Below are positions 49,284 to 57,899 of a stretch of DNA of 64,000 nucleotides, piece after piece (position 1 is the stretch's first letter; every line of letters begins with the position of its first letter). The notes under the pieces were generated by a model. It was not told where the DNA came from and did no database searches. It was given only the letters and a program-made list of their open reading frames with translations. The stretch is from the IMG/VR virus record IMGVR_UViG_3300047476_000704, positions 1 to 64,000 of that record; one strand, 5' to 3'. The position numbers were made by a program, and so were the translations under genes. Source of the stretch: a virus.

Positions 49284-49670
49284 TGGAGATGGTGGTATTC
49301 GAAACCACGTCCAGATAAGTTTCTAATGTAAATCGTTCACAAGTTTATTCAATTTTTCTAAACTGAAAAAATATAGAGTTTCTATTTTGCCATTGCCACT
49401 CTCAAATGTGGAAGATTCACTTTAATAGGTAGAACCTCAAACGAGACCTCACTTCCGTTCACTTCTTTTTAAGTCCCACGAGTGATGCGGGATTGATTAG
49501 GCAGCTACTGCGTAATCGAATGAGTTCATCCATGCCATAGCATCTTCGAACGTCATTGTAGATAATTCTACGTCTGCACTTATTGTTTGATAGGTATTCA
49601 AAGGTTTCCATCTAACCTTACTTGCATCAATACAACCAGTCTTCATACCTGTCAAAAGCCGGTCATCCCC
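49284..49670 (-). ncRNA. ssrA: tmRNA; tag (A)ADVELSTMTFEDAMAWMNSFDYAVAA
   Basis: GGGGATG/CATCTCC acceptor with G3-U70, TTGAC near 5' end, GTGGT-TTCGAAT-ACCAC T arm, ATAAGT before GCA resume codon, YAVAA-stop. Confidence 0.93.
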
Positions 49671-49734
49671 ATATTTCAAATAACTTATACAAATATACGA
49701 AACTTTTTTCGTAATTCCAAATAATATATATTAT

Positions 49735-50334
49735 TTATTCAAAGTTTAAAATAACATTACCAGCTGCTACTATTCTTTCTTTTGTAGATTTCGGTGCCAA
49801 CGATGGTAAATGGTCTAAATTTGCATCAAATACATATAGATAACCTTCTTCTGGAAAAAATGTATGTGTTATTCTGTGGTCTTTATCATCTCTAAAAAAT
49901 AACTTACCTTCTGGACCTTCACAATTATCTGGAACCTGTACATAATATACCCATGTCCAATCTGTAAATGTTTCGTAATCCGGATGAAACTTTAAATGAT
50001 TATGATAATGTGCATCTGGTAATTCGGGAACTGCTACATATATCCAAGTTCGTTGATAACCACTTAAATATTTTTCACCATCTAACTCAATGAAAAAATC
50101 TCTTACCTTATTAAAGCAGGATGAAAACATATGTCTGGTTTCATCACCACACAATGCTTGTCCATCAATTTGTAAACCAGGAGCCCTCATTTTAGTATCA
50201 TTGAAACGCTTATCAGGCATCCACATTTCTCTATCAATCTGAACTTCTTTAATAACCTTTTGATTATCAATACCACTAATAGGTATTTTATAAATCTTGT
50301 GATTTAAAAAACCAATTTCTTCGTAACTAATCAT
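49735..50334 (-). CDS. 2OG-Fe(II) oxygenase-like protein
   Basis: HYHNH, WTWVYYV, FDANLDHLP, RIVAAGN. Confidence 0.75.
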   Translation of the reverse strand: MISYEEIGFLNHKIYKIPISGIDNQKVIKEVQIDREMWMPDKRFNDTKMRAPGLQIDGQALCGDETRHMFSSCFNKVRDFFIELDGEKYLSGYQRTWIYVAVPELPDAHYHNHLKFHPDYETFTDWTWVYYVQVPDNCEGPEGKLFFRDDKDHRITHTFFPEEGYLYVFDANLDHLPSLAPKSTKERIVAAGNVILNFE

Positions 50335-50339
50335 AAAAT

Positions 50340-51146
50340 TTATCTTATTATCTTACCTTTTAATGCTCTTGCAGTTATAATCCATTTTTTAGCAATTGGA
50401 TTTGTTATTGGTTGTGCTAAAAATCTAGCTGCTGCTTTTGTTACATCACCATGCTTAACACCTGCTACTGAATTATCTACAATTGAGAATTTGTATCCAC
50501 CAAATAATCTTTGGAACTTACCCATATTCTCTTGGCATGCTTTCCAACTCTTTACCAATAATTCTTCTGGTACTACTCTACTTCTTTGTTGGTTTCTTTC
50601 TTTTGCTACTTCCAAAGATGTATTTACAAAAACCATATAGCAATCATACCCTAATGCTTCGGCATGTGCTTTTTGTTTTGCAATCTTATCGTACTCATGC
50701 CCAGTACCATCAATAATCATACCTAATCTACCGGCTTCGTAAAAATCTTTTAACTTTTTTGTTATACCTTTTGCAATATTACGAATTGAATCTGGCGATT
50801 TTCCTTGTATTTTATCCCATAATTGTGGGTCTTCTTTTTCAATTTTTGCTAAATCCTTTGGGTCTATACCATTCTTCTTTAAACCAGCTTCAAATGCGGC
50901 ATCTGAATTTACAACTTTTAAACCAGATGGTGCAAATTTTGTATAATCAACTACACCAAAGATTTCTTTTGATGTATATCCTTTACCACTACCAGGTCCA
51001 CCTGCTAAAAATACACACTTAAATATACCAGGGTCATCAACACCCTCTGCAATCATTTGCTCTTGCAACTTTTGCTTTGTTCTTTGTAAGTATGTGCTTA
51101 AAGTAGATAGTTCATCTACTGCTTCGTTCAATAAATGTTTAGACAT
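50340..51146 (-). CDS. P-loop kinase (zeta-toxin/AAA_33-like)
   Basis: FLAGGPGSGKG, VVNSD, IIDGTG, RNQQRSRVVP. Confidence 0.8.
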   Translation of the reverse strand: MSKHLLNEAVDELSTLSTYLQRTKQKLQEQMIAEGVDDPGIFKCVFLAGGPGSGKGYTSKEIFGVVDYTKFAPSGLKVVNSDAAFEAGLKKNGIDPKDLAKIEKEDPQLWDKIQGKSPDSIRNIAKGITKKLKDFYEAGRLGMIIDGTGHEYDKIAKQKAHAEALGYDCYMVFVNTSLEVAKERNQQRSRVVPEELLVKSWKACQENMGKFQRLFGGYKFSIVDNSVAGVKHGDVTKAAARFLAQPITNPIAKKWIITARALKGKIIR

Positions 51147-51183
51147 ATTTAGTTTGTTTATATAGTATAAATATATATTTTTT

Positions 51184-51357
51184 CTAAATATGAGTCCAAA
51201 TTTCCCGTTTAACTATCTTACGAACATTTGTAGTTGATACTCCATTGTTTCTCGCAATAACTTTTAAATTACGATGTCCTATTTCCCATAGGTGTCTGAT
51301 AGATACAACTTGTACATCCGTTAGTTTATGATTTGGATGTTGCTCTCCTTTTAACAT
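51184..51357 (-). CDS. 57-aa stand-alone HTH resembling HNH-associated DNA-binding tails (not in ORF track)
   Basis: Hand translation MLKGEQHPNHKLTDVQVVSIRHLWEIGHRNLKVIARNNGVSTTNVRKIVKREIWTHI. Confidence 0.7.
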   Translation of the reverse strand: MLKGEQHPNHKLTDVQVVSIRHLWEIGHRNLKVIARNNGVSTTNVRKIVKREIWTHI

Positions 51358-51378
51358 TTATTAAAGTCCTATAATATA

Positions 51379-51999
51379 CTATTTTTTATTTTTAATTTGA
51401 TAATCTACATTACCACGTTTATCAAATACAAATTTATTTTTATAAATCTGATTACAATAATTACATTGTGGGAATACATTATTCAAACTTAATTCTTTTC
51501 TAGGGTCACAATGTCCTTTTTCTAATCTAACTATTAATGTTTTATCTTTATAGTGATATTCATTTTCAATTGCGCCACAGGTTAAACATCTATAACCATT
51601 TTCTTTTTTCAAATCCAACCATTCTGATTCTGTAAATGTTTGGTTTCTCCTAGTAGGTATAAACGATGGGTGTGGTTTTTCCAAAGTTAATAATCTATAC
51701 CAACCAAATATTTTACTACCACTTTTTTCAATAAAGTAACCATATTGCATTCCCAAATGTCTTGTTATTTGAAAATCATTTGTCTGTCTACCTATATTAT
51801 TCCATCCATCCGTTAATTCTTTTTTAGTAACAACTTCACCATGGTATTTTAATAAAAATAATATAGCAAATAATGATTGACTTATCTTTGTATCGTTATA
51901 TTTAATGAATTTTACACCATATTGTTTAAGATATTTATTATAATAATTAGTATAGTTACTATATAAAGTATCAAATTCATCCAAATTCAAAGATTTCAT
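51379..51999 (-). CDS. HNH endonuclease, restriction-enzyme-like
   Basis: RCLTCGA...EKGHCDP...NVFPQCNYCN. Confidence 0.75.
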   Translation of the reverse strand: MKSLNLDEFDTLYSNYTNYYNKYLKQYGVKFIKYNDTKISQSLFAILFLLKYHGEVVTKKELTDGWNNIGRQTNDFQITRHLGMQYGYFIEKSGSKIFGWYRLLTLEKPHPSFIPTRRNQTFTESEWLDLKKENGYRCLTCGAIENEYHYKDKTLIVRLEKGHCDPRKELSLNNVFPQCNYCNQIYKNKFVFDKRGNVDYQIKNKK

Positions 52000-52014
52000 A
52001 ATTTTAGTTTTATG

Positions 52015-52395
52015 TTATAACCCAACACTATCCCAATTCGAATTGATGAACCCAGCATCCCTACCAACGGCAACTGCCATAGCACGTGCGTTTTCGGGCT
52101 CACCCTTTGAATTGTTGTTGATTAAAATTCTTTCTTCTCGTCCGATACCCATTACTAACTGATGGTAAAGAATACCTGCGTTTATCATTTGTTGTTTAGT
52201 AATCTCTCTCAATGATTCCGGTCTTGCGGTAGTTAAAACAATATAGTGTCCAGCATTAACCCACTCTGTCATCTTCTCTTTTACACCTGGCAACACATTT
52301 ACTATGTTAGGGTCTAAATCTTCAAAACGAACTTGCTCAATCAAAGTACCGTCTATATCACTAAAAATCGTTTTGTAATTTTGTTCTCTTTTCAT
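52015..52395 (-). CDS. HAD phosphatase (PNK 3'-phosphatase-like)
   Basis: DIDGTL, LTTAR. Confidence 0.8.
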   Translation of the reverse strand: MKREQNYKTIFSDIDGTLIEQVRFEDLDPNIVNVLPGVKEKMTEWVNAGHYIVLTTARPESLREITKQQMINAGILYHQLVMGIGREERILINNNSKGEPENARAMAVAVGRDAGFINSNWDSVGL

Positions 52396-52473
52396 ATTTT
52401 CTATCGTTTAACTCTCACTACTTTGTAAAGATAAGAAATGTTTTTCACTTATCCTAATTTTATTTCATGTATT

Positions 52474-52794
52474 TTACAAATAAGTTACACCATAAACACC
52501 ATATCTAGCAGTTCCATCAATGATGTTTCCTCTACTATGTTTAGCGGGCGAAGCGTAAGAAGCTGCTTTTAACAAATCACCTTTTTTAATTGGAACTCCT
52601 TTGTAATCACCATCATAACGCGAGATAAATCCCCACACATAACTACCATTTAATATTTTAATAAACTTATTACCAGCCTTTATTGTCAATTTAGTTGGTT
52701 CTAAATTTGATAAGTGATTTGCGTAATAATCTTCAATTTCTAAATTAACTTTCTCAATAAATTTATCAACGATTGGGTTATTGTAGTTTTTCAT
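52474..52794 (-). CDS. Early hypothetical protein
   Basis: GNKFIKI...GDLLKAASYASPAKHSRGNI; own early promoter. Confidence 0.7.
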   Translation of the reverse strand: MKNYNNPIVDKFIEKVNLEIEDYYANHLSNLEPTKLTIKAGNKFIKILNGSYVWGFISRYDGDYKGVPIKKGDLLKAASYASPAKHSRGNIIDGTARYGVYGVTYL

Positions 52795-52827
52795 CTTATT
52801 GTTGTTTTATGTTTAACTCTTATTACA

Positions 52828-52862
52828 TAGCAAAGGTACGCATAAAAAGGCAAAATGTCAAG
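52828..52862 (-). promoter_or_regulatory. Early promoter
   Basis: Minus strand cTTGACA-N17-TACCTTTG. Confidence 0.82.
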
Positions 52863-52977
52863 ATTTATTTGCTTTTTTTTCAAATAATTCTAAAAAAATA
52901 AATTCAAATAAACACACTACCGAAAATACAATGATTATTGAAACCATCCAAATATCTTTTAATATTCTATACATAAG

Positions 52978-53355
52978 TTATACGATTGGAAATCCAGCAG
53001 ATGAGTTTGTTGTTGAAGGTAATTTCGGAGCCCACCCCTTTGAGTGATTACTATATGTAGGACGAGGAGTATAAGCAAATGTAGGTCTTACACCAATCCC
53101 ATCCCAAGCCGATTCCCATTTATCTGGCAATATACCATCTTCGATTAGAACAAAAGTACCACCATCGGTTTTTTGTCCTACCTTTTCAATATTTTTTTTA
53201 TTAAACTTACGAAAGATGTTTTTACGATTTTCTTTATCTACTTCGATGAATAGAACTGAACGGGCTTTAACCTTACATACTTTAAGGGGTTTTGTTCCAA
53301 TCTTACCATTTTTAGAAACAACCACATCAACAATTTGACCTATTAAATTTTCCAT
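52978..53355 (-). CDS. Early hypothetical protein
   Basis: Follows promoter 53377-53410. Confidence 0.6.
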   Translation of the reverse strand: MENLIGQIVDVVVSKNGKIGTKPLKVCKVKARSVLFIEVDKENRKNIFRKFNKKNIEKVGQKTDGGTFVLIEDGILPDKWESAWDGIGVRPTFAYTPRPTYSNHSKGWAPKLPSTTNSSAGFPIV

Positions 53356-53376
53356 ATCTTTATCGTTTTATTACAG

Positions 53377-53410
53377 ATTAAAGATAGGTAAAATGTAGCA
53401 AAATGTCAAG
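53377..53410 (-). promoter_or_regulatory. Early promoter
   Basis: Minus strand cTTGACA-N17-TATCTTTA. Confidence 0.8.
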
Positions 53411-53421
53411 TGTTTTGTAAA

Positions 53422-54129
53422 TTATTTTTTAGGTTTTTTTATTGCTGCAAATGCAGTTTTATATGCAGGCGATGTTTTATCGTAACCTAATGCAGTTTTA
53501 ACTTTGATACTTCTACCAGTTTCTGGATTCTTTATTCGTTTATCTAATGCACCGTCGGGTATCATAGATGATAATTTTTTAATATTGGCTTGCTTTTTTT
53601 CCGCACCAACATTTTTTCCAGTTTGTGCTTTTTTACCTTTCATAAATAAGAATGTTTTTTCTTTATTTTTAAACTTTGAAAATGCTTGTGCGGTTTGGTT
53701 TGGATGAAATTTACCTATATTTTCATCACCACCTTCTCTGAAAATTAAATGTGCATTTCCTTTTGTATCTTTACCACCATATACCACTGCATCTTGATTG
53801 TACTTTTTAGCTATTTTGGTCATAAACTCTTTAGATGCGCCCGGTATAAATAGAGTTTCCTCTGTTGAGTCTACTAATTTATCAGATGGACAATCTTCAT
53901 ATTTTATATTTGAATCTTGACACTCTCTCCAATGTCCATCAATCTTAAAAAATCCCAAACCCTTTGCACGAACTTCTGCTTCTAATTGTTTGTTTAGAGC
54001 TTTGTTTTCTTTTGGTGTATTGGAATAACGGTATGCAGTTGCCATTCCCCAACTAGGAACTTTTTTATCTATAACGTGTTGGTATGCTCTTGCTAATGAT
54101 GCTTCTGATAGTTTGTGAAATTTTTCCAT
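53422..54129 (-). CDS. Hypothetical protein, probable head-internal protein
   Basis: KLSEASL N-terminus; C-terminal RIKNPETGRSIKVKTAL module. Confidence 0.6.
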   Translation of the reverse strand: MEKFHKLSEASLARAYQHVIDKKVPSWGMATAYRYSNTPKENKALNKQLEAEVRAKGLGFFKIDGHWRECQDSNIKYEDCPSDKLVDSTEETLFIPGASKEFMTKIAKKYNQDAVVYGGKDTKGNAHLIFREGGDENIGKFHPNQTAQAFSKFKNKEKTFLFMKGKKAQTGKNVGAEKKQANIKKLSSMIPDGALDKRIKNPETGRSIKVKTALGYDKTSPAYKTAFAAIKKPKK

Positions 54130-54168
54130 TCTTTATTATTATACTAATAAATATAATAAATTATTCTT

Positions 54169-55293
54169 TTACCTACCAAATCCAATTTTAGGTTTTACTT
54201 CTTCTGTTTTATATTGTTCTGTATTAATATTATAAATATCTGCCAATACCATTTCTTCTTTCACCTCATTATCCATTCCCAAATGTTTTATTAGGATATT
54301 AGTATCTTCTACATTTAGTTTACCAAACTTATGTTCGGCAATCAATCTACCTTTTCGCAATAGAGCAGAATCAATCTTTTCTTTATCCATATTAAATGTA
54401 GCAATAATACTAATGTTTAGAATATCACCCAATATACCATCTGTTAAATTTAGAATGTTAGATACACCCGTAGATGCATAGGAATTATTTCTATCACCAA
54501 TAATCTTCTCCGCATCCTCAATCACCAAAATACAATCTTTGTTGTCCATTAGGAATGGAACAAAATCAGGATTAACAATACTCTCTGCTAAAATTGGTGG
54601 TAAAAACAAAACCTTTCTCTTCATATGATTTGCTAACCATTTGATGTATGTGGTTTTACCTGTACCCGGCAGTCCATGCAACAACACCAATCTACCTCTT
54701 TGTTCCTTTTTAGATGTCAATGCAGTTACAATTGAATCGTTTATTTTAACAAAATCCTTACCATAATTTAATTCTAAATCAATCTTTGGCTTTGGTAATT
54801 TAAACTCCTCCGTTTCGAATCCATACGATGTTGCTTTTAATAAATGTATCTTACCCTCTTTACTTTGTTTAGATAACTTCGTAACATCATCCAATATAGT
54901 ATGTTTTAATATATCTTTTGTACAAGTATATGCAAATGATAATCTATATTGATTCTTCTTTATTGATTTTGAATCTTGTTCTACATAATCTGGCTCATCA
55001 AAGTAATCACCATCAATCTCCGATACATTTATTAAAATCAAATCCATACCATCTACCCGTCTTTCATAAGTAGAATTACATTTTGATTCCTTTGGTGATA
55101 GAAAATACTCCGATTGTTGGATTTTATTAAATCCAGCATTTTCTATTAAGGATAAAACCTTTTTATCAAACTTTATATCGCTTGAAAACTTTGTAGTGTT
55201 ATATAATTTACCAGTCTTTAAGGCAATATATTTGCCCATAGAAAAGTCATCACCATGTCCTGCTGTATATAATTTCTCTAATTCTGTATTCAT
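54169..55293 (-). CDS. AAA+ ATPase
   Basis: HGLPGTGKT, LVIEDAE, LLRKGRL. Confidence 0.9.
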   Translation of the reverse strand: MNTELEKLYTAGHGDDFSMGKYIALKTGKLYNTTKFSSDIKFDKKVLSLIENAGFNKIQQSEYFLSPKESKCNSTYERRVDGMDLILINVSEIDGDYFDEPDYVEQDSKSIKKNQYRLSFAYTCTKDILKHTILDDVTKLSKQSKEGKIHLLKATSYGFETEEFKLPKPKIDLELNYGKDFVKINDSIVTALTSKKEQRGRLVLLHGLPGTGKTTYIKWLANHMKRKVLFLPPILAESIVNPDFVPFLMDNKDCILVIEDAEKIIGDRNNSYASTGVSNILNLTDGILGDILNISIIATFNMDKEKIDSALLRKGRLIAEHKFGKLNVEDTNILIKHLGMDNEVKEEMVLADIYNINTEQYKTEEVKPKIGFGR

Positions 55294-56096
55294 TACCAAA
55301 AGTTTTTAGCTATTTCCGTACTTGGTTCTATTGTAGTATGGTGTTCAATTCCTTTATTATATTCTCTTGCATTTTTTGGATACTCTCTGATTGGATGTTT
55401 TAATCGTTTCATCAAATCTTTCTTCTCCCGTTTGTCCTGTGGTATTAACTGAATGTATCTATGTTTTGGTGGTTCTTCTCTTCTCCAAAATTCAGTATAT
55501 CCATCTTTACCAATTTCTCTACGAAGATGTTCTAAATTACCACTACCCCATTTTGTAAATACACTCCTACTATGTATCCATTTATATGGGTCTTTTTGTA
55601 CCGATATACCATAATTTGGCATCAGTGCAATATCGGTATTTAATCCTTGATAAATCCAATTGGTTGCTTGGTATATTCCACCCAAATGTTCTTGTCCATT
55701 ATCAGCGTATGAGAGCAAAACTTTGATTGCCTTATCATTTTCTTTCAACCACTTAAACGATTGCCCCAGAGCAAAACTTTCAATGTTAGAACCATACCCA
55801 TCATCGCAATATAAACGAGTTAATTCCAAAATGTTATCTTTGGTTAAACCCTCACATACAGATGTAGGTGCCTTTGCTCCAACCGGAAAACCATAGATTA
55901 AACAACCTATAAGTTTTTCAGTATCACCCAAAGCATTTTCGGTATCCGTTTTATAGAATATACCCAACGAATATCTACAAGCAGTCCAAGCGTGAGTATA
56001 GTGTTTCTTTACAATGATTTCTTTTGCAATGGATGTACTAATCTCCCTAACGGATACTCTACTCGTATCACAATAATTTTTATTAGCTTCTTTCAA
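55293..56096 (-). CDS. Mom-like DNA-modifying acetyltransferase (GNAT)
   Basis: KKHYTH, LELTRL, SYADNGQEHLGGIYQATNWIYQG, KHRY. Confidence 0.75.
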   Translation of the reverse strand: MKEANKNYCDTSRVSVREISTSIAKEIIVKKHYTHAWTACRYSLGIFYKTDTENALGDTEKLIGCLIYGFPVGAKAPTSVCEGLTKDNILELTRLYCDDGYGSNIESFALGQSFKWLKENDKAIKVLLSYADNGQEHLGGIYQATNWIYQGLNTDIALMPNYGISVQKDPYKWIHSRSVFTKWGSGNLEHLRREIGKDGYTEFWRREEPPKHRYIQLIPQDKREKKDLMKRLKHPIREYPKNAREYNKGIEHHTTIEPSTEIAKNFW

Positions 56097-56847
56097 TTGG
56101 TTCTAATTTGAATATTTCTTCATCATGCTCTTCACTTTCTTTTGGATATGGGAAAGTTTCATGCTTTAATGATTTAATTAACTGCTTTCTAACTTTTTTA
56201 TCTTTGGTTAAGATATAAACATAACGATGTTTGCGTGGTTCTCTTTTAATCCAAAATGGAGATGTTACCATTGTCTGAATTATCTTTGGGTCATTCGTTC
56301 CGTATTTCACATAAGATGTTCTACTATGATGCCATTCATCTTCCTCACTCCACTTAAAACTCCAACTATCACTCCATCTGATTTTGTTACCCTGATATAT
56401 CCAATTGGTAGCTTGATAGATAGTCCCTTTATGTCCAACCTTTGGGTCTGAATATGAAATTAGTGCTTTAATCTTTGGTGTATTATCTCGCAACCATTGA
56501 AATGTTTGTCCAACAAACCAACTCTCAATATTAGAACCATACCCATCAAATACAAATAGGCGAGTTAATTCCAATACAGTATCCCTTTCCAACATATCAG
56601 AAATTGATGCTCCTGCGTTTCTACCAATAGGGTCTCCATAACAAGCTATACCTATTAGCTTTTCATTTACTCCACTAAAAAATTGATGCTCATCTGCCGA
56701 TTGATAAAACAAACCCAATGCATAGGATACTTTTGTCCATATACCACTATAATGGTTATTTACAATAATATCCTTTGCAACGGACTTGTTTACAGGTCTA
56801 ACTATGAGTTTGGATGTATCGCAATACTCTTTACCTTCTACTTTCAT
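56083..56847 (-). CDS. Mom-like acetyltransferase, tandem paralog
   Basis: NNHYSG, LELTRL, SYSDPKVGHKGTIYQATNWIYQG, KHRY. Confidence 0.75.
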   Translation of the reverse strand: MKVEGKEYCDTSKLIVRPVNKSVAKDIIVNNHYSGIWTKVSYALGLFYQSADEHQFFSGVNEKLIGIACYGDPIGRNAGASISDMLERDTVLELTRLFVFDGYGSNIESWFVGQTFQWLRDNTPKIKALISYSDPKVGHKGTIYQATNWIYQGNKIRWSDSWSFKWSEEDEWHHSRTSYVKYGTNDPKIIQTMVTSPFWIKREPRKHRYVYILTKDKKVRKQLIKSLKHETFPYPKESEEHDEEIFKLEPIERS

Positions 56848-56891
56848 AGTTACAAAGATAATAAAACTTTTTTATATAACCTAATTTTTTA

Positions 56892-57152
56892 CTACAAACT
56901 TTCGTTAATAGCATTTATGTATGCAATCTTTGAAGATACACCTGCAAATCTTTCAACTTCCTTACCATCTTTTTCAATAATTACAGTAGGAACTGAACGG
57001 ATGTTGTATTTAGTTGCCAATTCAAATGCTTCATCTACATCATACTCTTCAAACTTAACACCACTAACAGATTGTTTAACCTCTTCAAAAATTGGTTTTA
57101 AAGTTTTGCATGGTCCACACCAGCTTGCAGAGAATTTCTTTACACTAATCAT
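56892..57152 (-). CDS. trxA: Thioredoxin
   Basis: WCGPC, SVPT. Confidence 0.93.
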   Translation of the reverse strand: MISVKKFSASWCGPCKTLKPIFEEVKQSVSGVKFEEYDVDEAFELATKYNIRSVPTVIIEKDGKEVERFAGVSSKIAYINAINESL

Positions 57153-57154
57153 AA

Positions 57155-57883
57155 TTATTTTCCTTCTTTGTTTTGTTTTTCCTTAAAATCATCGTATGCA
57201 TCTAATAAAGCATCAACAACTGGATGTCTATGGTTTGTTAGTAAAGTTTGAGAATCCATATCTTTAATCTTTTTAGCTGCTGATAATAAAAACTTAAACC
57301 CACTATCTCCTTTATATTTCAAATCCACTTGTTGTGTATCACCACATACCACCATTTTACTTCTCAATCCTAAACGAGATGTAATCATTTCCATTTGGTC
57401 ATTTGTACAGTTTTGTGCTTCATCTACAATAATAAATGAATCCAAAAATGTTCTACCTCGCATAAATGCCAATGGTACAATTTCTACTTGTCCGTTTTCT
57501 AAAATCTTATCAATTTTTTCTTTGTTGTAAAGTTGATAAAAGTTAGAATAGATTGGTTGCATCCACGGCTCCATCTTTTCTCTTAAATCACCTGGTAAGA
57601 AACCAATTTCTTCTTTACTTACCGTTGGACGAGTTATAATAATTTTAGTTACCGATTTCTTAAACAACATATCCAATGCTACTTGGCAGGCAAGTAGTGT
57701 TTTACCACTACCTGCTTTACCACTTAATATTGTAATTGCGTTGTTTAGGATTTTATCTTTCGCTTCTTTTTGTTCATCATTTAGTTGAACCTGAAACTTA
57801 ATAGGTCCTTTCGGTTTTTCAATTATCTCTTCTTTAATCTTTTCCGTAATCTCTCTTTTCTTTGTTGAGATGTTCTCACCCAT
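57155..57883 (-). CDS. phoH: PhoH-like ATPase (start reassigned to MGENIST)
   Basis: GKAGSGKT, IGFLPG, FMRGRTF, DEAQN, GDTQQVD, RHP. Confidence 0.93.
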   Translation of the reverse strand: MGENISTKKREITEKIKEEIIEKPKGPIKFQVQLNDEQKEAKDKILNNAITILSGKAGSGKTLLACQVALDMLFKKSVTKIIITRPTVSKEEIGFLPGDLREKMEPWMQPIYSNFYQLYNKEKIDKILENGQVEIVPLAFMRGRTFLDSFIIVDEAQNCTNDQMEMITSRLGLRSKMVVCGDTQQVDLKYKGDSGFKFLLSAAKKIKDMDSQTLLTNHRHPVVDALLDAYDDFKEKQNKEGK

Positions 57884-57899
57884 AAAATTATTATTTAGT

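Noticed and set aside
49497-49679. 60-aa ORF MKYGDD...YAVAA
   Set aside because: It is the tmRNA tag frame extended upstream, not an independent gene
44979-49721. CRISPR array from the repeated ~32-bp caaatatacgaaac element
   Set aside because: Spacing is irregular (138 bp to 3.3 kb), copies match a promoter consensus and no cas operon is present
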